From positions 55,466-119,465 of the forward strand of contig JBCNVM010000004.1 in NCBI GenBank assembly GCA_039630085.1: a stretch of DNA of 64,000 nucleotides. Direction: 5' to 3'. This document shows positions 47,773-57,748 of this stretch, one piece after another. This DNA is from Candidatus Caldarchaeales archaeon (lineage in GTDB: Archaea > Thermoproteota > Nitrososphaeria_A > Caldarchaeales > Calditenuaceae). Below the pieces are notes generated by a model. The model did no database searches. It was given only the letters and a program-made list of their open reading frames with translations, and was not told the origin of the DNA. A program made the translations under genes and the position numbers. How positions within the stretch are numbered: position 1 is the stretch's first letter; every line of letters starts with the position of its first letter.

Positions 47773-48192
47773 ATGACCTCACTCTCAAAGCAGGTATACA
47801 TGCTGCTCCTCTTAGCGGGCAGGGCCGGGATGACGCTGGATGACGTCGCGCGGGAGCTCGACCTCGAGCCCTGGAGGGTCCGATCGGTCCTCAGAGGCTT
47901 GATGAGGTCGAGGAAGGTCGTGAAGATGAAGGGCAAGTACTTTGCGTCCTCCTCGGTCAGGTCGAGGTTCGCCGGAGGGGAGCTCTGCAGGATCGAGGTC
48001 GAGCGCGTCTACAAGGGCTTCGCGGTGGTCAAGGTCAACGACCGCTTCAGGGCGAGGCTCAGCTCGACGGACTACAACGGGCCGTCCGGGCTGATCAAGC
48101 GCGGGAGCGTCTTTATGGCTAGGGCTACGGTGACCCGTATAGACGGGAGGACCGGCATCGTCGTCCACGACGTCGTCCAAACCCTCGAGTGA
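47773..48192 (+). CDS. Winged-helix plus OB-like protein, possibly the detached Hef C-terminus
   Basis: GMTLDDVARELDL...VRSVLRGL....KV; beta-rich VERVYKGFAVVKVND. Confidence 0.6.
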   Translation: MTSLSKQVYMLLLLAGRAGMTLDDVARELDLEPWRVRSVLRGLMRSRKVVKMKGKYFASSSVRSRFAGGELCRIEVERVYKGFAVVKVNDRFRARLSSTDYNGPSGLIKRGSVFMARATVTRIDGRTGIVVHDVVQTLE

Positions 48193-48476
48193 GGACGCGC
48201 CATGTGGCCTCTCGGTATGGCCCACCGCGTTATCCCCCGGACGAGCCGACCTAGGGGGCTTCACTAGGATCACAGACGCACGGCCGAGGGATGGAGAGCT
48301 CTTCACAGTAGGCGACTAGAGAACTGCGAGGCTTAGGAGTGTAAGAAACTCGCGCCTCGAGCATCTCTCCGGGATTACACGTCAACCAAGCGGGCGTTCA
48401 GGACGGACATAGCCTCGGCGGAGCGAAATGGGGCGGCGATTGCCGAAATTCGGAGTTCGAGTTCAACCTCAGACGA

Positions 48477-49943
48477 TCAACTCGCTCGCTCTTTCTCGCT
48501 TAGCCCCGCCACCTTCCTAGCGAGCCTCTCGGCCTCGGCGAAGTCGTAGTCCCTGTAGAGCGCGATCTTGCTTGCGGCGACGGACCCCTCCGCGTGGATC
48601 ATGGCTCCCAACAGGTACCCGGTGAGAGGCCCTCCCGCCAGCTCCCTGACGAACCTCATGACCTTGAACCTCTCCAGCCCGCTGAACCTCGGACTGCCCT
48701 GCATGAACTTCTCGACGTAGGGCCTCGTGGCCGGGTTCTTGAGCTCCGCGGTAGAGGGCAGGGTCGAGACGAGTCCTCCCGCGATGTCGATGAGGTTCTC
48801 GATCACGACGGGGAAGAAAGCGTTCGAGTAAAGCTTCCCAATGTTCGTGTAGATGGGGTTCGGGACGAGGATCCCAGTTTCGGGGTCGCGGACCGCCGTC
48901 ATCGCGGCCATCCTCGTGGCCATACGCATGATCTCCTTGTAGAGGACTATGTCCAAGATGTCGTCCCTGACGTGCGGCGCGTTCTCGATGCCGTTGCACG
49001 CGGCCGCCAGCCTCGCCGCGCCGAGGTAGAGGTCGACCAAGACTGACCGGTAACTGACAGCCGTGTACCTGTGGTAGGTGGCGAAAAGGTTCGCTAGCTC
49101 GCCGGCGATCCTCCACTCCTTGAAGAGGAAGACCCTGTCCCACGGGACGAAGACGTGGTCGAGGACCGTGAGGGTCTCGGCCTCGAGGTTGGACGAGCTG
49201 AGCGGGGCGTCCTCCTTCTCCGCGTAACCGTCCACCTCCAGCAGCGGCCTGACGATGAACTTTAGGCCCTTCGCGTTGGCAGGTATCGCGAAAGCGACGC
49301 AGTAGTCCTGGTCTTTCTCCGTCATAGCCCTGCTGGGGATGAAGAACAACTCGTCGGCGACTACGCTCTGAGTCGTGTGGGCCTTCGCCCCGCACACCAC
49401 GATTCCGCCTTCGTTCACCTCCACGACGCGCAGGTAGAGGTCGGGGTCGGGCTGCTCGTGGGGCCTCTTGGATCGGTCACCCTTGACGTCCATCTGGGCC
49501 GTCGCGAGCGCCAAGTCCCGAGTCACGACGCGCTCGTAATAGTTCATCAGTCTCTCGTGGTACTCCCCCTTGCCGTGCTCTTTCTCCAGCCTCTTCGTGA
49601 TTATCATCAGCGCGAACAAGGCGTCGCTGCCTATCGCCTGAGTGATGTTGAATATCCCGTTGCAGGCCCTCGTGAGGGCACCGATCGTCTCAGCGCGCTC
49701 CACTAGGTCCTGCTCTCTCTTGGGGACCTTGAAGAAGGAGCTGATGAGGCCGAACCTCTCGTCCTCGTAGACGAGCATGTCCCTGTAAGCGGGGTCGCTC
49801 CTGAGCTCGTACATCCTCTTGGCGTGATGGAGCGGGATCCTGAGGGACGGGTGGCTAGCGATATCACCGACCCTTTTACCCATATAGTAAACTTCCCTAC
49901 CGTCCTGTACGCTTGCTATATAATCTTCTGGGTTTCTGATCAT
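48477..49943 (-). CDS. HpaB / 4-hydroxybutyryl-CoA dehydratase family flavoprotein, divergent
   Basis: AQMDVKGDRS.RP, GAKAHTT, VFVPWDRVF, DIAGG, HAEGS. Confidence 0.85.
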   Translation of the reverse strand: MIRNPEDYIASVQDGREVYYMGKRVGDIASHPSLRIPLHHAKRMYELRSDPAYRDMLVYEDERFGLISSFFKVPKREQDLVERAETIGALTRACNGIFNITQAIGSDALFALMIITKRLEKEHGKGEYHERLMNYYERVVTRDLALATAQMDVKGDRSKRPHEQPDPDLYLRVVEVNEGGIVVCGAKAHTTQSVVADELFFIPSRAMTEKDQDYCVAFAIPANAKGLKFIVRPLLEVDGYAEKEDAPLSSSNLEAETLTVLDHVFVPWDRVFLFKEWRIAGELANLFATYHRYTAVSYRSVLVDLYLGAARLAAACNGIENAPHVRDDILDIVLYKEIMRMATRMAAMTAVRDPETGILVPNPIYTNIGKLYSNAFFPVVIENLIDIAGGLVSTLPSTAELKNPATRPYVEKFMQGSPRFSGLERFKVMRFVRELAGGPLTGYLLGAMIHAEGSVAASKIALYRDYDFAEAERLARKVAGLSEKERAS

Positions 49944-50036
49944 CCCTTTTGCTTCCCCCTGCCGGCTAATAAATATGAGACCGACCTAATGAGTAATAGA
50001 GGAGAGGCTTAAAATTTAGGTCAACATCAAAGAGAC

Positions 50037-51662
50037 GTGCGCTTTCAATTGAATTTAATCCATGTACTCCGGCGTGCAGCCTCACTGTTCGGGTACCAAG
50101 AGATAGCTTCTTTCGAACCGGACGGTGAAATCTTCAGGTACAGCTATACCGAGTTCTACGGAAGGGTAAAGCGGCTCGGTTCGGCTCTCCGAAGTCTGGG
50201 CGTAGGCGAGGCCGACGTCGTGGGAACGCTCGCGTGGAACACCCATCGTCACCTCGAGCTGTACTACGCCGTCCCGTGCATGGGAGCCGTCCTGCACACG
50301 TTGAACCTCAGACTTTCGAAGCGTGAGATCAGTTACATCCTCAACCACGCGGAAGATAAGATCGTCTTCGTCGACGAAGACCAGTACGCCGCTTTCGCGG
50401 AGCTTGGCAGGAACGACCTCAAGTGCGTGATCATGGGAAGAGACCCGACGGAGCACGGGCCAGGGGTCATGTCTTACGAGAAGTTGCTGGAGCACGGTCA
50501 GCAGGGCTTCGAGTTCTCCGACAGCCTCGACGAGGACGCGCCGGCGTTCCTCCTCTACACCAGTGGTACGACTGGGCCTCCCAAGGGAGTGATACACAGC
50601 CACAGGGGCGTGTTCATCGCTGGGCTTGCGCTCTGCCTCCCTCAGTTCTTCAACTTGACGGACCGCGACGTGGTGCTCCTACAAGTCCCTCTCTTCCACG
50701 CGGTCGGATGGTTCCTTCCCTTCTCCTCCATGATAGCTGGAGCGAAGATCGTCCTGCCGGGCCCGCATCCCACCCCTCAGAGGCTCGCTGAGCTAATAGA
50801 GGGCGAGAGGGTGACCGTGACAGCGGGCGCACCGACCGTCTGGATCAACCTCCTCAACCACCTCAACGAGACCCGAAACTACGACATCAGCAGCTTGAGG
50901 AGGGTCATCGTCGGAGGTGCCTCTCTGACGCCTGCGATACTGGACGGGTTCGAGAAATTGGGCGTACAGGCCGTTCACGCGTGGGGGATGTCCGAGGGGC
51001 CCGCAGCGGTGGTCAACTGGCTCAAGAGTGACATCGACGGCAGCGAAGAGGAAATGAGGAAGGTCAAGCTCAAGCAGGGCATACCGGTCCCCGGTATCGA
51101 GGTCAAAACCGTGGATCCGGAGGGGAACGAGCTGCCTTGGGATGGGAAGTCGTTCGGTGAACTGTTGTTCAGGGGAGCGTGGGTCATCGACTCGTACTTC
51201 AAGGACCCGGAGAGGACTGCTCAGTCTTTCTCAGAAGGATGGTTGAGAACTGGTGACGCGGCGATTATAGACGAAAAGGGCTACGTCCTGATAGTCGACA
51301 GATACAAAGACCTCATAAGGAGTGGGGGAGAATGGATCTCATCCGTTGATTTAGAAAATCACATAATGAGCCACCCCGCCGTACTCGAGGCAGCCGTCGT
51401 GGGGGTTCCGCACGAGATATGGCAGGAGAGGCCTCTGGCTTTCGTGGTACTCAAGAGCGATTACGTGAACAAAATCGGTAAAGCAGAGATAATCGATCAT
51501 TTGCGAGAACGGGTTGCAAAGTGGCAATTGCCGGATGAGATAATTTTCGTCGAATCGATACCGAAAACGGGTACCGGGAAGTTCGACAAGAAGGTCCTCC
51601 GCGAGAAGTACAAGAATTATTTCATTGAAAAGTCGACGAAAGTAAGCAACCGTAAAGGTTAG
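50037..51662 (+). CDS. Fatty acid--CoA ligase (AlkK-like)
   Basis: YTSGTTGPPKG, WGMSE, RTGD, DLIRSGGEWISS, GKFDKK. Confidence 0.92.
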   Translation: MRFQLNLIHVLRRAASLFGYQEIASFEPDGEIFRYSYTEFYGRVKRLGSALRSLGVGEADVVGTLAWNTHRHLELYYAVPCMGAVLHTLNLRLSKREISYILNHAEDKIVFVDEDQYAAFAELGRNDLKCVIMGRDPTEHGPGVMSYEKLLEHGQQGFEFSDSLDEDAPAFLLYTSGTTGPPKGVIHSHRGVFIAGLALCLPQFFNLTDRDVVLLQVPLFHAVGWFLPFSSMIAGAKIVLPGPHPTPQRLAELIEGERVTVTAGAPTVWINLLNHLNETRNYDISSLRRVIVGGASLTPAILDGFEKLGVQAVHAWGMSEGPAAVVNWLKSDIDGSEEEMRKVKLKQGIPVPGIEVKTVDPEGNELPWDGKSFGELLFRGAWVIDSYFKDPERTAQSFSEGWLRTGDAAIIDEKGYVLIVDRYKDLIRSGGEWISSVDLENHIMSHPAVLEAAVVGVPHEIWQERPLAFVVLKSDYVNKIGKAEIIDHLRERVAKWQLPDEIIFVESIPKTGTGKFDKKVLREKYKNYFIEKSTKVSNRKG

Positions 51663-51692
51663 AGTTCGATTAACTGTTTCAAGTTCACACGG

Positions 51693-53189
51693 TCATCCGG
51701 CTCTCCGGAAGAGCTGTATGACGACGTAGTTCACGAGGAGCTCGGTGACGCTCGGCGGCAGGCTGTTGAAGAGCTGATATATCGTCGACATTTCCTTGGG
51801 GAGACCCTCCTTCAGGCCGAGGGCCTCGAGGAGCGCGGGGCCGTAGATGTCCATATTCTCCTCCAGCTCCCTCATCAGCGCTCCCAGCGAGGCGATGTCC
51901 ATCTCCTCCGGCGTGATCAGGCGCATGATCAGACCGAGTCCCTCGATCAGCCCCTCGACATCGCTCGGCGGGAGCCTCCTCACGAGACTGGTACACTCCT
52001 CCAAGTCCCTCAACATCTCCTCGCAGGTCCTCCGGTTAAGCGGGGCGATCGTGAGGTGGACGCTCGGGGGTATCTTCATCTCCGGGACGCCCCTCTGAGG
52101 CAGCAGGTACCAGCCCCTCTTCGTCATCTCGTCGGAGAGCCTGAAGAGGTTGAGGTCATCCGATGTGAAGGCGAGTATGACCGTCGGCCTACCCATCACC
52201 TTGTACCCCAGCCTCTCGACGCCCCGGGAGATCAGGTCCCTCGCCTCGATTATCGACTTGGTGAGCCGCACGTAGCCCTCCTCGCCCAAGTAGTGGAGGA
52301 CGGCCCACGCCGCAGCCAAGTGTCCCGCGGACCTGGAAGAGAGCACGGCCGGGTTCACGATGGGGTACCCCGGCCACCTCAGGCAGACGAACTGGGAGTA
52401 CATCTTGTAGAACTCCTTCCTGAAGAGCACCACCGACGCTCCTATCGGCGCGTAGGCGTACTTGTGCGGGTCCAGCGATATCGAGGTGACTCCTTCGACC
52501 CTGAAGTCGAAGTCCGGGACGTCCTCGCCCAACCTCTTCATGAACGGGAGCGCGAAGCCGCCGACGCAGGCGTCGACGTGGAACCAGACGTTCCTGTCTC
52601 GGGCGACCTCGGCCATCTCCCTGACGGGGTCAACCGTTCCGAAGGGCCAGTTCGGAGCCGAAGCTGCGACCATCGCGGTGTTCTCCGTGATCGCCTCCTT
52701 CACGGCCTCGACGTCGGCCCGGAGCGTCTCCAGGTCCACCTTCACCCGCTTGACCCTCAGGCCCAAGTACTCGGCGGCCTTGTCGAAGCACGGGTGAGCG
52801 GTTACGGGCACAACCAGCTCGGGGATGGTTATCGCTCCCCTGTCAAGGATGAACTTGTCGCGCGCAGCCTTCACCGCAAGGAGGACGCTCTCAGTCCCGC
52901 CGAATGTGAAGGTCCCCACGACTTGGTCGTCGCCGTGCATCAGCCTCGCGGCGATCTCAACCACGTCCCTCTCCATCCTGATCGCGCTGGGGAACTCCGT
53001 GAAGTCCAGCATGTTCTTGTCCATGAAGGCCCTGAAGGCCTCGAGGGCGACCTCCTTCAGCTCGTCGAGGCCTGACTCGAATGCGATCGTGAAGAGCTTG
53101 CCGCTGGAGGGTTCAGCATCCCCAGAGGAGTACTCCCTCAGCCTCTCGAAAATCTGCTCCTTAGAAAGAGAGGGCCACCCTGCGATCAC
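51693..53189 (-). CDS. Group II PLP enzyme, sphingosine-1-phosphate lyase-like
   Basis: GGTES, AHP.F.KAA, HVDAC.GGF, SLDPHKY. Confidence 0.85.
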   Translation of the reverse strand: MIAGWPSLSKEQIFERLREYSSGDAEPSSGKLFTIAFESGLDELKEVALEAFRAFMDKNMLDFTEFPSAIRMERDVVEIAARLMHGDDQVVGTFTFGGTESVLLAVKAARDKFILDRGAITIPELVVPVTAHPCFDKAAEYLGLRVKRVKVDLETLRADVEAVKEAITENTAMVAASAPNWPFGTVDPVREMAEVARDRNVWFHVDACVGGFALPFMKRLGEDVPDFDFRVEGVTSISLDPHKYAYAPIGASVVLFRKEFYKMYSQFVCLRWPGYPIVNPAVLSSRSAGHLAAAWAVLHYLGEEGYVRLTKSIIEARDLISRGVERLGYKVMGRPTVILAFTSDDLNLFRLSDEMTKRGWYLLPQRGVPEMKIPPSVHLTIAPLNRRTCEEMLRDLEECTSLVRRLPPSDVEGLIEGLGLIMRLITPEEMDIASLGALMRELEENMDIYGPALLEALGLKEGLPKEMSTIYQLFNSLPPSVTELLVNYVVIQLFRRAG

Positions 53190-53350
53190 GATAATATGTT
53201 ATGCGAAACCGATATAATTGTTTGGGACTCAGCTCCTAGCTACCGGTCAACCTCCGCACGACGGTCGAGTCGCCTTCCTCGCGGCGTGAAGGTGTCTCTG
53301 CTGGTGCCCTATCCGACCGACCTTTAATAGCGGAGTCGCAACGTGACGGC

Positions 53351-54283
53351 GTGCAGAGCTCACCCGCCATCGTCGTCGAGGAGCTCACCAAGAGGTACGG
53401 CGAGGTCCTGGCGGTCGACAGGGTCTCTTTCACGGTCAACGAGGGCGAGGTCTTCGCGCTCCTCGGGCCGAACGGCGCCGGGAAGACGACGACCGTCGAG
53501 ATGCTCGAGTGTCTCCGGACCCCGACTTCAGGGAACGCGTACCTGAAGGGCCTCAGCATCCGGGATCCGGCGGGCGTCAGGAAGATCAAGAGTCTGATCG
53601 GTGTCCTGCCCCAGGAGTTCAACGCCGAGGACGACCTCACGGTCTACGAGAACGTGGAGCTCGCGGCCGCGGCGAAGGGGGCAGACAACGTGAGGGAGGT
53701 CCTCGAGAGGCTGGGCCTCTGGGAGCTGAGGGGGAGGATGTTCTCCAAGCTCTCCGGAGGGCTGAAGAGGAGGGTCGGGATAGCGATGGCCCTCGTGGGG
53801 GATCCGGAGATCGTCTTCCTCGACGAGCCCACGACCGGGCTCGATCCGGAGGCGAGGCGGGAGACCTGGCTCTACATCAGGCAGCTGAAGAGGGAGGGCG
53901 TGACGGTGGTCCTCACGACCCATTACATGGAGGAGGCGGAGAGGCTGAGCGACAGGGTCGCGATCATCGTCAAGGGCAGGATCGCGGCGATGGGCGAGGT
54001 TAAGAGGCTGATCGAGGAGCACGGAGGGAAGACGAGGCTCCTCTTCGATGAACTGGAGGAGAGGGCCGTTAGCTCGCTCCGGAATAGGGGGTACGAGGTC
54101 GAGGTCGCTCCCGACGGTCGAGCCGTCGTCAAGGTCGGTACGCAGTCGGAGGTCGCAGAGGTGATCTCGCTCCTCAGGGAGCTCTCGGTCGAGGCCTATC
54201 CCGAGATCAGGAGGGCCGGGCTCGAGGAGGTCTTCCTCAGGGTCATCGGGTCGAGGCTCACGGAGAGGGGCGAGCTGGAGTGA
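53351..54283 (+). CDS. ABC transporter ATP-binding protein
   Basis: GPNGAGKTT, LSGG, FLDEPTTGLDP. Confidence 0.93.
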   Translation: MQSSPAIVVEELTKRYGEVLAVDRVSFTVNEGEVFALLGPNGAGKTTTVEMLECLRTPTSGNAYLKGLSIRDPAGVRKIKSLIGVLPQEFNAEDDLTVYENVELAAAAKGADNVREVLERLGLWELRGRMFSKLSGGLKRRVGIAMALVGDPEIVFLDEPTTGLDPEARRETWLYIRQLKREGVTVVLTTHYMEEAERLSDRVAIIVKGRIAAMGEVKRLIEEHGGKTRLLFDELEERAVSSLRNRGYEVEVAPDGRAVVKVGTQSEVAEVISLLRELSVEAYPEIRRAGLEEVFLRVIGSRLTERGELE

Positions 54284-55521
54284 GTGCGGCGCCGACCCTG
54301 ATCAAGCTCCTCTTCAAGGTCTGGATGAGAAGCAAGCAGAGCGTCTTCTTCGGGTTCCTCTTCCCGGTGATGCTCCTACTCATCTTCGGGAGCGTTTTCG
54401 GTGGGCCCTCGCCGCCGAACTACACGCTCTACGTCAGGAACCTCGACCTCGACCAGCAAGGGAAGCCGGGAGTCCTCTCGGAGGCGTTCATCGAGGCCCT
54501 CAACGAGAGCGTCTTCGAGGTCCACCTCCTCAAGCCGGACGACCCGGCGCCCCGAGGTACGGGCTTCGCCGCGGTCCGGATCCTCACGATTCCGAGAGGC
54601 TTCACCGAGAACCTCCTGAACATCACCGTCGCGAACAGGCTCGAGATCACGGCGGACACGATCCTGAGGATGGTCGCGATGGCGGGGGAGTCGATTCCGC
54701 CGCAGACGAGGGGGGAGATCGAGTCGTCGATGAGAGCGATCAGAGCCTACAGACAGACTCTGGGGGGCGAGAGGCCTCGACTGACGCTGGAGGGCAGTCC
54801 CGACGACAGGCTCCTCCAGCCGATCGAAGGCATCATCAACGTGATAGCGTCGAAGTTCGAGCTCGCGCTCCTCAACGCCTCCTCGGCGATGGAGGTCAGG
54901 GCCGTCCTAACGCAAGTCAAGCAGCTCCGCCTCGTCGACTATTACCTCCCCGGGTACGTCGCGGCCTTCGTCATGACCAACGGGCTGATCGGAGTCTCCC
55001 TCCTGGTCTTCGATGCTTACAGGCGCGGCTTAGTTAAGCTCCTCGCCTCGACTCCGCTCCCGAAGTCGACGTGGATCGCGTCGATCGTCATCGTTCAGAC
55101 CATCGTCTCCCTGATCCTGTTGGCCGTGATGCTCGCGGTCGGTTGGGCGGTCTTCAGGATCTCCGCGCTCCCGGACGCCTTCAGTATACTGATCATACTG
55201 CTCGGGACGCTGGCTTTCACCGGCTTCGGGGTCACGATAGGAGGTTCGCTGAGGGAGGCGGGAGCTGTGACCGCGCTCGCGAACACCGTCGCTTTCCCCA
55301 CGATGTTCCTCTCCGGAGCCCTCTGGCCCCTCGAGCTGATGCCCGAGTTCCTCCAAGCCGTCGCGAGGTTCACGCCACTTTACTACTTCCACGTGGCACT
55401 CAGGGAGGCCCTTATCGTCGGGTCTCCGGCCGGAGCGCTGTCCCCGACGCTGGTGGTCGCCGGCCTCGCGGCCGTCGGCCTTTCCCTGGCGGTCGCCACG
55501 ACGAAGTGGAGAGACTTCTGA
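54280..55521 (+). CDS. ABC-2 type transporter permease
   Basis: N-terminal TM, large extracellular loop, FLSG..WP.E.MP. Confidence 0.9.
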   Translation: MSAAPTLIKLLFKVWMRSKQSVFFGFLFPVMLLLIFGSVFGGPSPPNYTLYVRNLDLDQQGKPGVLSEAFIEALNESVFEVHLLKPDDPAPRGTGFAAVRILTIPRGFTENLLNITVANRLEITADTILRMVAMAGESIPPQTRGEIESSMRAIRAYRQTLGGERPRLTLEGSPDDRLLQPIEGIINVIASKFELALLNASSAMEVRAVLTQVKQLRLVDYYLPGYVAAFVMTNGLIGVSLLVFDAYRRGLVKLLASTPLPKSTWIASIVIVQTIVSLILLAVMLAVGWAVFRISALPDAFSILIILLGTLAFTGFGVTIGGSLREAGAVTALANTVAFPTMFLSGALWPLELMPEFLQAVARFTPLYYFHVALREALIVGSPAGALSPTLVVAGLAAVGLSLAVATTKWRDF

Positions 55522-55791
55522 GCCGACTGACGCGAGATAATCCCGCCCCTCAAGTTCGGCGGGCTGCTTAGGGGCTATCCCATCGTCTCCGCCTCGGAGC
55601 CCACGGCGAACCGTGGGAGACCTTGGGATTTGCCTGTCTTGAATTTGTTCAGGCGGGACCGATGATACCGGTCATCCGTCGCGCTCTCGCGCCCATTACC
55701 TTCAACACGAGCGTCATTGGGGTCGATTTCTCCCCTCGTTCGTCCAATATTTTTTACGTCGTTCATCATTCATTCTATAGGTGAAGCCTCC

Positions 55792-56313
55792 TTGGCCGAG
55801 GTCGTCTTCCTCGGGAGGGGCGGCCAAGGGGTCGTCACGTCGGCGCGCATTTGTGCGACCGCTCTCTTTCGCACGGGCTTTTATGTCCAGACCTTCCCGG
55901 AGTTCGGGCCGGAGAGGGCAGGCGCGCCGGTCAAGGCCTACCTGAGGTTCTCCCGGGAGCCGATCGAGCTCAGGACGCCCGTCGAGCGGGCGGATATCGC
56001 CGTCGTCCTCGAGGAGAGGCTGCTGAGTTTCGTCACCATCGAGAGGTTAGTGAGGAGAGGGGCGCACGTCGTCGTCAACTCCGCGGCGAGGGGCCCGGAG
56101 CCGGCGGGCGCATCCCACAGGATCATCAAGGTCGACGCGTCGGGGGTCGCGGCTAGGCTCGGGAGGCCGAGGTCCGTCGGGATCGCCCTGCTCGGGGCGA
56201 TGTCCCGTTCGATCGGGGTGCCGGAGATCGGGGCGCTCGAGCAGGCAGTCTCAGAGTTCCTTAGCCCACAGGACGCCGCCGTCGCCAGAGCGGCCTATAG
56301 CGAGGTGATGTGA
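55792..56313 (+). CDS. porC: 2-oxoacid:ferredoxin oxidoreductase gamma subunit
   Basis: GRGGQG, FGPER.GAPV. Confidence 0.88.
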   Translation: MAEVVFLGRGGQGVVTSARICATALFRTGFYVQTFPEFGPERAGAPVKAYLRFSREPIELRTPVERADIAVVLEERLLSFVTIERLVRRGAHVVVNSAARGPEPAGASHRIIKVDASGVAARLGRPRSVGIALLGAMSRSIGVPEIGALEQAVSEFLSPQDAAVARAAYSEVM

Positions 56314-56314
56314 G

Positions 56315-56581
56315 TTGCCCCACCGCCTCAGGACCGCCGCGCTGATCTTCGAACCGGGGTCTGCTTCGCGGAACGTCACCGCGAGCTGGAGGAGCTCCAG
56401 GCCGGTCGTGGACCTCGCGAACTGCGTCGGGTGCCTGATCTGCTGGATCTACTGTCCGGAGCCCGCGATACTGGTGACCGGGGACGGGAAGGTCGCGATA
56501 GACTACGACCACTGCAAGGGATGCGGTATCTGCGCGGTCGAGTGTCCCAGGAGGGCGATAACGATGGTGAGGGAGTCATGA
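56315..56581 (+). CDS. porD: 2-oxoacid:ferredoxin oxidoreductase delta subunit
   Basis: WR...P; CxxCxxCxxxCP twice. Confidence 0.92.
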   Translation: MPHRLRTAALIFEPGSASRNVTASWRSSRPVVDLANCVGCLICWIYCPEPAILVTGDGKVAIDYDHCKGCGICAVECPRRAITMVRES

Positions 56582-57741
56582 TGCTGCTCAACTCACTCCT
56601 CCTGACCGGGAACGAGGCCGCAGCGCACGCCGTCAAGCAGTCCGACGTCGACTTGATCACCGCCTATCCGATCACGCCTCAGACGACGATCGTCGAGAAG
56701 CTCGCCGAGTACGTCGAGAGAGGGGAGGTCAGGGCAGCGATGGTCCTCGTCGAGTCGGAGCACTCGGCGCTGAGCGCGTGCATAGGCGCCTCCGCTGCGG
56801 GGGCCAGGGTCTTCACCGCCACCAGCAGCCAGGGGCTCGCGTACATGCACGAGGTGATGTACATCGCTTCCGGGCTGAGGCTCCCGATCGTCATGGCCGT
56901 TGCAAACAGGGCGCTCTCCGCGCCGATAAACATCCACTGCGACCACTCGGACATCATGGGCTCGAGGGACTCGGGATGGGTTCAGGTCTTCTGCGAGGAC
57001 CCGCAGGACGTCTACGACAACGTCATCAAGGCCTTCAGGCTCGCGGAGGACCCGAGGGTGCTGCTCCCGGTGGCGGTGAACTTCAACGGCTTCACCACAT
57101 CGCACTCGTGCGAGCCGGTCACCGTGCTCCCCGACGGGGAGGTCAGGAGGTTCCTTCCGAGGAGGGAGAGGCACAGGCTGAGCTACGACGAGCCGATGAC
57201 GATAGGGGGCTTCGCGCTCCCGGACGCCTACTTCGAGTCCAAGGTCGAACAGGAGAGGGCCCTGAGGGCCGCGGGCCGGGTCTTCGCTGAGGTCGAGGAT
57301 CTCTATCCGAATGCAGGCGCGAGGAAGGGCTCGATCTACGCCGAGTGGACCGGAGGTCGGGTGAAGCTGATTTGCATGGGCGACGTCGCGGGGTCGCTGA
57401 GGCACTTCGTCAAGACCCGGAGGCTGCAGGACCTCTTCGACGTCCTCTCGGTCAGGCTCTTCAGGCCCTTCCCGAGGCGGACGTTGATCAGGCTGTTGAG
57501 CGACGCGGAGCTCGTGGTCGTGATGGACAGGGCCCTCTCGCCGGGTGCCACGTCGCCCCCGTTGGCCTCGGAGGTCAAGTCAGCGCTCTACGACGCCGGT
57601 ATCCGGGTGCCGGTGTGGAGCGTCGTCTACGGGCTCGGCGGAAAGCCGGTCACGCTGGGGAGGATCAGAAAGCTCCTCGGGTCGGCGGAAAGGGAGGTGA
57701 GGGGGCGTGACGTCAGGTCGAGGCGGATCCTCCTCGGGTGA
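56578..57741 (+). CDS. porA: 2-oxoacid:ferredoxin oxidoreductase alpha subunit
   Basis: AYPITPQT, ESEH, TATSSQG, NRAL.AP. Confidence 0.92.
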   Translation: MMLLNSLLLTGNEAAAHAVKQSDVDLITAYPITPQTTIVEKLAEYVERGEVRAAMVLVESEHSALSACIGASAAGARVFTATSSQGLAYMHEVMYIASGLRLPIVMAVANRALSAPINIHCDHSDIMGSRDSGWVQVFCEDPQDVYDNVIKAFRLAEDPRVLLPVAVNFNGFTTSHSCEPVTVLPDGEVRRFLPRRERHRLSYDEPMTIGGFALPDAYFESKVEQERALRAAGRVFAEVEDLYPNAGARKGSIYAEWTGGRVKLICMGDVAGSLRHFVKTRRLQDLFDVLSVRLFRPFPRRTLIRLLSDAELVVVMDRALSPGATSPPLASEVKSALYDAGIRVPVWSVVYGLGGKPVTLGRIRKLLGSAEREVRGRDVRSRRILLG

Positions 57742-57748
57742 GGTCGGG

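Noticed and set aside
48193-48476. 284-bp gap between convergent genes as possible tRNA/ncRNA or attachment site
   Set aside because: No cloverleaf, box motifs or repeats that I could recognise
48477-49943. Marker of autotrophic 4-hydroxybutyrate carbon fixation
   Set aside because: The Fe-S cysteine ligands of the true dehydratase are missing
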